In this document: positions 61,427 to 64,000 of the stretch, in pieces | Position numbering within the stretch: the stretch's first letter is position 1 | Layout of the letters: each line of letters opens with the position of its first letter | Origin: Micromonosporaceae bacterium | Lineage (GTDB): Bacteria > Actinomycetota > Actinomycetes > Mycobacteriales > Micromonosporaceae | Direction: 5' to 3' | DNA: 64,000 nt | Assembly (NCBI GenBank): GCA_035713725.1 | Contig: DASTMZ010000008.1 | Location: forward strand, 8,280-72,279 | Notes under the pieces: model-generated | Databases searched by the model: none | What the model saw: the letters and a program-made list of their open reading frames with translations, nothing else | What the model was told of the DNA's origin: nothing | Translations under genes and position numbers: made by a program

Positions 61427-62545
61427 CTACGCCTTCCGAGTCACGAGGTGCCGTGCGCCGTTGGACCGCGCGCCGGAACTGACCGAGCTGCGCAGGCGGT
61501 GGTCATCGACCGCGTCCCGATCAATCACGTCCGGATCAACCGTGTCCCGAGCGGCTGCGGATTGGTCGAAGGACGGACCGTCGGCACCAGCGTTCGAATG
61601 GTCGGCTGCATAGCTCAACGCGATCTGTCGGGCCGCCCACACATGCGTGTGCGCGGCGTGGCCGGCTGCTTCCGCGTCGCCGGCACTGATCGCGATCGCC
61701 AGCGCCTCGTGCTCTCGCCAGGAGTGCGGTGCGCGGCGTAGCGCAGTTTGCCGGTAGACCCACTCCAAGCGGTCGTGCAGCGAATCCATCATGCTGACCA
61801 GCAGCGCGTTGCCGGACATGCGGCAGACTTCGGCGTGGAACGCGGTGTTCAACCTCGCGAGCTCGGTCACCGACGCTGTTAGACCTGACGGCGTAAGACC
61901 TGACGGCGCAACACCTGACGACTCGGCAGCCGATTTCCCAGCGGCAGCCGACTTCCCAGCGACGTCCGAGTGCGCTCTGCCGGTCGAGTGCGCTCTGCCG
62001 GTCGAGTGCGGTCTGCCGGCCGAGTGCGCTCTCGGTGACGCAGTGGGCGCCGCGGCATCGGATACGCCGTTCTCAAGGGCTGCGAGACTGCCGGTCTCGG
62101 TCGCAGCGGTTTCGGCGACGATGCTCTGCAGCCGCGCGGCGCCGGCGGCGTCGATGCGCTGCGCGGCGAGTTGCGCGCTCAACACCTCAAGCGCGAGTCG
62201 CACCTCGAACAGGTTCTCGACGTCCTGCGTGGAAATGCTTGCCACCACGGCACCGCGTCGCGCGTGGGCGATCAGGAAACCCTCGCGCTCGAGTACGCGA
62301 ATCGCCTCGCGCACCGGGTTTCGGGACACGCCGAAGTCCAGCGCGAGCCGATCCTCGGTCAGACGGTGCCCTGGCGGGTATTCGCACTCGATGATCCGCC
62401 GACGCAGCTCCGCCACGACCTTGTCGCGCAGCGGCAAATGGTCCGCGCCGATCGTCGCGTTTTGGGGCATCGTTGCATTTTGGGGCGTTGCATTTTGGGG
62501 CGTTGCATCTTGGGGCACTGTCGCCTGGGGCACCACAGTCACCAC
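61427..62545 (-). CDS. GntR-family transcriptional regulator (FadR/FCD type) carrying repeat insertions
   Basis: Winged HTH (LTEDRLALDFGVSRNPVREAIRVLEREGFL) and FCD helices (ENLFEVRLALEVLSAQLAA ... FHAEVCRMSGNALLVSMMDSLHDRL) split by a repeat tract of about 70 aa. An alternative start is ATG at 62470. Confidence 0.85.
   Translation of the reverse strand: MVTVVPQATVPQDATPQNATPQNATMPQNATIGADHLPLRDKVVAELRRRIIECEYPPGHRLTEDRLALDFGVSRNPVREAIRVLEREGFLIAHARRGAVVASISTQDVENLFEVRLALEVLSAQLAAQRIDAAGAARLQSIVAETAATETGSLAALENGVSDAAAPTASPRAHSAGRPHSTGRAHSTGRAHSDVAGKSAAAGKSAAESSGVAPSGLTPSGLTASVTELARLNTAFHAEVCRMSGNALLVSMMDSLHDRLEWVYRQTALRRAPHSWREHEALAIAISAGDAEAAGHAAHTHVWAARQIALSYAADHSNAGADGPSFDQSAAARDTVDPDVIDRDAVDDHRLRSSVSSGARSNGARHLVTRKA
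61878..62035 (-). repeat. Three adjacent tandem arrays (15 bp x3, 18 bp x2, 18 bp x4) inserted inside the FCD domain coding region
   Basis: gttagacctgacggc gtaagacctgacggc gcaacacctgacgac; tcggcagccgatttccca gcggcagccgacttccca; four cgagtgcgctctgccggt-type units. These encode SGLTP SGLTP, AGKSAA x2 and HSTGRA x3-4. Confidence 0.9.
62454..62531 (-). repeat. 15 bp tandem repeat x5 at the gntR 5' end (PQNAT units)
   Basis: gttgcattttggggc x2, gttgcatcttggggc, actgtcgcctggggc, preceded by gtcgcgttttggggc. Confidence 0.9.
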
Positions 62546-62677
62546 TCACCTACCCAACGTGTCGTGCCTACCCTAGCGGTGGTGGCTGAAAAGTCGCTGG
62601 ACGCTCGGTAAGAGTCGCCGGACCCGCGACATCCGTTGACCGAGACGGCGAGGCAGAGCACTTGGTATCGCTGACGC

Positions 62678-63931
62678 CTATCTGCGGGGATGGTACGGAT
62701 TCCGTCGCGGTCGCTGCGCCGGGTCGACGTGCGGAGGCGGTACGAATTCGGGGTGTTTGTCCGGTGCCAGCCGCACGGCCCAGCCGCCGTGGTGGACGAT
62801 GCGGTGATGGTAGTTGCAGAGCGCTACGCCGTTGTCGCGGTCGGTGCTGCCGCCGTCGACCCAGTGCTGGATGTGGTGGATCGTGGTCCAGCGCTGTGGT
62901 CGATCGCAGCCTGGGAACGCGCAGCCGTGATCGCGCAGCAGCACCGCCTGCCGGATGGCGCCGGTGAACAATCGGCGAGTCCGGCCGAGATTGATCGGCA
63001 CGCCGGCTCCACCCAGCACCGCCGGGAGGATCTGCGCGTCGCAGGCGAGTCGGCGTACGGCATCGGGCGACAACATCGCACCGGTATCCAGCTGACCGAC
63101 AGCGACGTCGCGACGCAGCGCCTCCCAATCCACGGTGACGGTGATCTGCGGCGGTGTGCCGCCGTTCTGCGGTAGGCCACCGCTCGCGAGTGTCATTCGG
63201 CACACCTCGACGAGTGCGTCAGCGCGGCGGGCCGCCGGCAAGCGCAAATCGGGCCCATCCTCGCCCCGCAGCGGCTTCGCGAGCGGGTCGATGGCGGCGG
63301 TCACGATCGCCGCGCCCTCGGCATCGAGAACGCCCGACAGCCGGATCCCGCCCAGTCCGTCGGCCGACAGTGTGAAGCCGCGGCGTTCCCACGCGTGGCG
63401 CTCCTCGCGCTCGAGGCGTTCGCGCAACCGCCGGTCGGCGAGATCGGGATCGATGTGCGCGATGATGCGCTCACTAAGCCGCTGCAACAACGTTGGTTCG
63501 AACTGCGAGGCGCACTCAACGAGCTGCGCCTCGACCTTGTCCACCAACGCCGGGTCGTCGGCCGGGATCGCGGCGAGCACCCGTCCGGCGGCCGCGGCCT
63601 GTCCGGCGTTGACCGTCCCCGACGCCATCGCGTCGGCGAGCACCGGCCGCGCGTCAAGCACCTCGCCGAGCGTGACGAGCTGGCGTGCGTCGCGCGCCGC
63701 GATGCGCAGCACGTCCCGCAACCATGCCACGGTCGACGTCGCCGCTTGACTGCGTGGCAGATCGCGACCGCGCGCCTCGTGAACCAGAGTGGCGAGCACG
63801 CCGGTCGCACGGGAGACCAACCCGGCGAGGTCGACCGTGGCGGCCACGAGCTCCTCGTCGGAGAACGCAAAGCCGGGCCGAGCCGCGAACGCGTCGACGC
63901 CGTCGACCGCCCGTGCCAGCTCGTCGTCCAT
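62678..63931 (-). CDS. DUF222 / HNH endonuclease-domain protein (mycobacterial 13E12-repeat-like family)
   Basis: The N-terminal DUF222-like helical region and a C-terminal HNH motif (CAFPGCDRPQRWTTIHHIQHWVDGGSTDRDNGVALCNYHHRIVHHGGW). The ORF-track ATG lies at the very window edge (64000); the internal ATG at 63931 (MDDELARAV) is preferred. Confidence 0.85.
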   Translation of the reverse strand: MDDELARAVDGVDAFAARPGFAFSDEELVAATVDLAGLVSRATGVLATLVHEARGRDLPRSQAATSTVAWLRDVLRIAARDARQLVTLGEVLDARPVLADAMASGTVNAGQAAAAGRVLAAIPADDPALVDKVEAQLVECASQFEPTLLQRLSERIIAHIDPDLADRRLRERLEREERHAWERRGFTLSADGLGGIRLSGVLDAEGAAIVTAAIDPLAKPLRGEDGPDLRLPAARRADALVEVCRMTLASGGLPQNGGTPPQITVTVDWEALRRDVAVGQLDTGAMLSPDAVRRLACDAQILPAVLGGAGVPINLGRTRRLFTGAIRQAVLLRDHGCAFPGCDRPQRWTTIHHIQHWVDGGSTDRDNGVALCNYHHRIVHHGGWAVRLAPDKHPEFVPPPHVDPAQRPRRNPYHPRR

Positions 63932-64000
63932 GCATCGATTCTCGTACACGTGTACGACGATTTCGCGCCGCCGATCGGACAGCGGTCCACTGTGGCACAT

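Noticed and set aside
62206-62221. LexA SOS-box-like TCGAACAGGTTCTCGA
   Set aside because: The second half-site is TCTCGA rather than GTTCGA, and the site lies inside the GntR coding region. Most likely fortuitous.
1-64000. tRNA, rRNA, tmRNA, RNase P, IS elements, integrases, prophage or toxin-antitoxin modules
   Set aside because: I scanned the intergenic regions and the ORF translations and found no cloverleaf-like or transposase/integrase-like sequence. The only mobile-associated family is the DUF222/HNH gene at the right edge.

Overview
A ~70% GC chromosomal segment with Actinomycetota hallmarks: a GarA/OdhI-type FHA protein, DinB-family genes, an IdeR-type iron box, a HAIR/HspR operator and a DUF222-HNH gene. 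I support 57 protein-coding genes and found no rRNA, tRNA, CRISPR array or recognisable IS/transposase. Left to right the content is: efeUOB iron uptake (efeB truncated at the edge) with two IdeR-like boxes; a YidC-like insertase; garA; a livJHMGF-type branched-chain amino-acid ABC operon; a polar amino-acid ABC operon; a crcB pair; a siderophore-interacting protein; DUF2630; lon with a HAIR operator; a lipoprotein; an SGNH hydrolase; a LuxR-type regulator; DinB; marR-MFS; a large DUF4011/SF1-helicase/Vsr-like-nuclease/DUF3320 protein; araC-VOC; YjbR; an APH-family kinase; a PrmC-related methyltransferase coupled to DUF1295; DUF72; a ClC channel; a tightly coupled ndh-zwf-GH15-GMC-cydA-cydB operon; DUF1345; folP; a RibD_C-type reductase; DUF885; a five-gene peptide ABC operon followed by ggt and a GntR regulator; and a DUF222/HNH gene at the right edge. 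The most unusual signal is not a gene. It is a very high density of locus-specific 12-18 bp tandem repeats, at least 30 arrays or about one per 2 kb, concentrated at cistron boundaries. Several arrays start exactly on a stop or start codon and carry copies of it. In-ORF arrays always have a unit length divisible by 3, whereas 13, 14, 16 and 17 bp units occur only outside ORFs. The main gene-level candidates are the Hhe-like helicase-nuclease and the sugar-to-oxygen respiratory operon. All functional calls rest on my reading of the translated ORFs, with no database search. Many start codons are inferred from RBS or overlap logic and remain uncertain.
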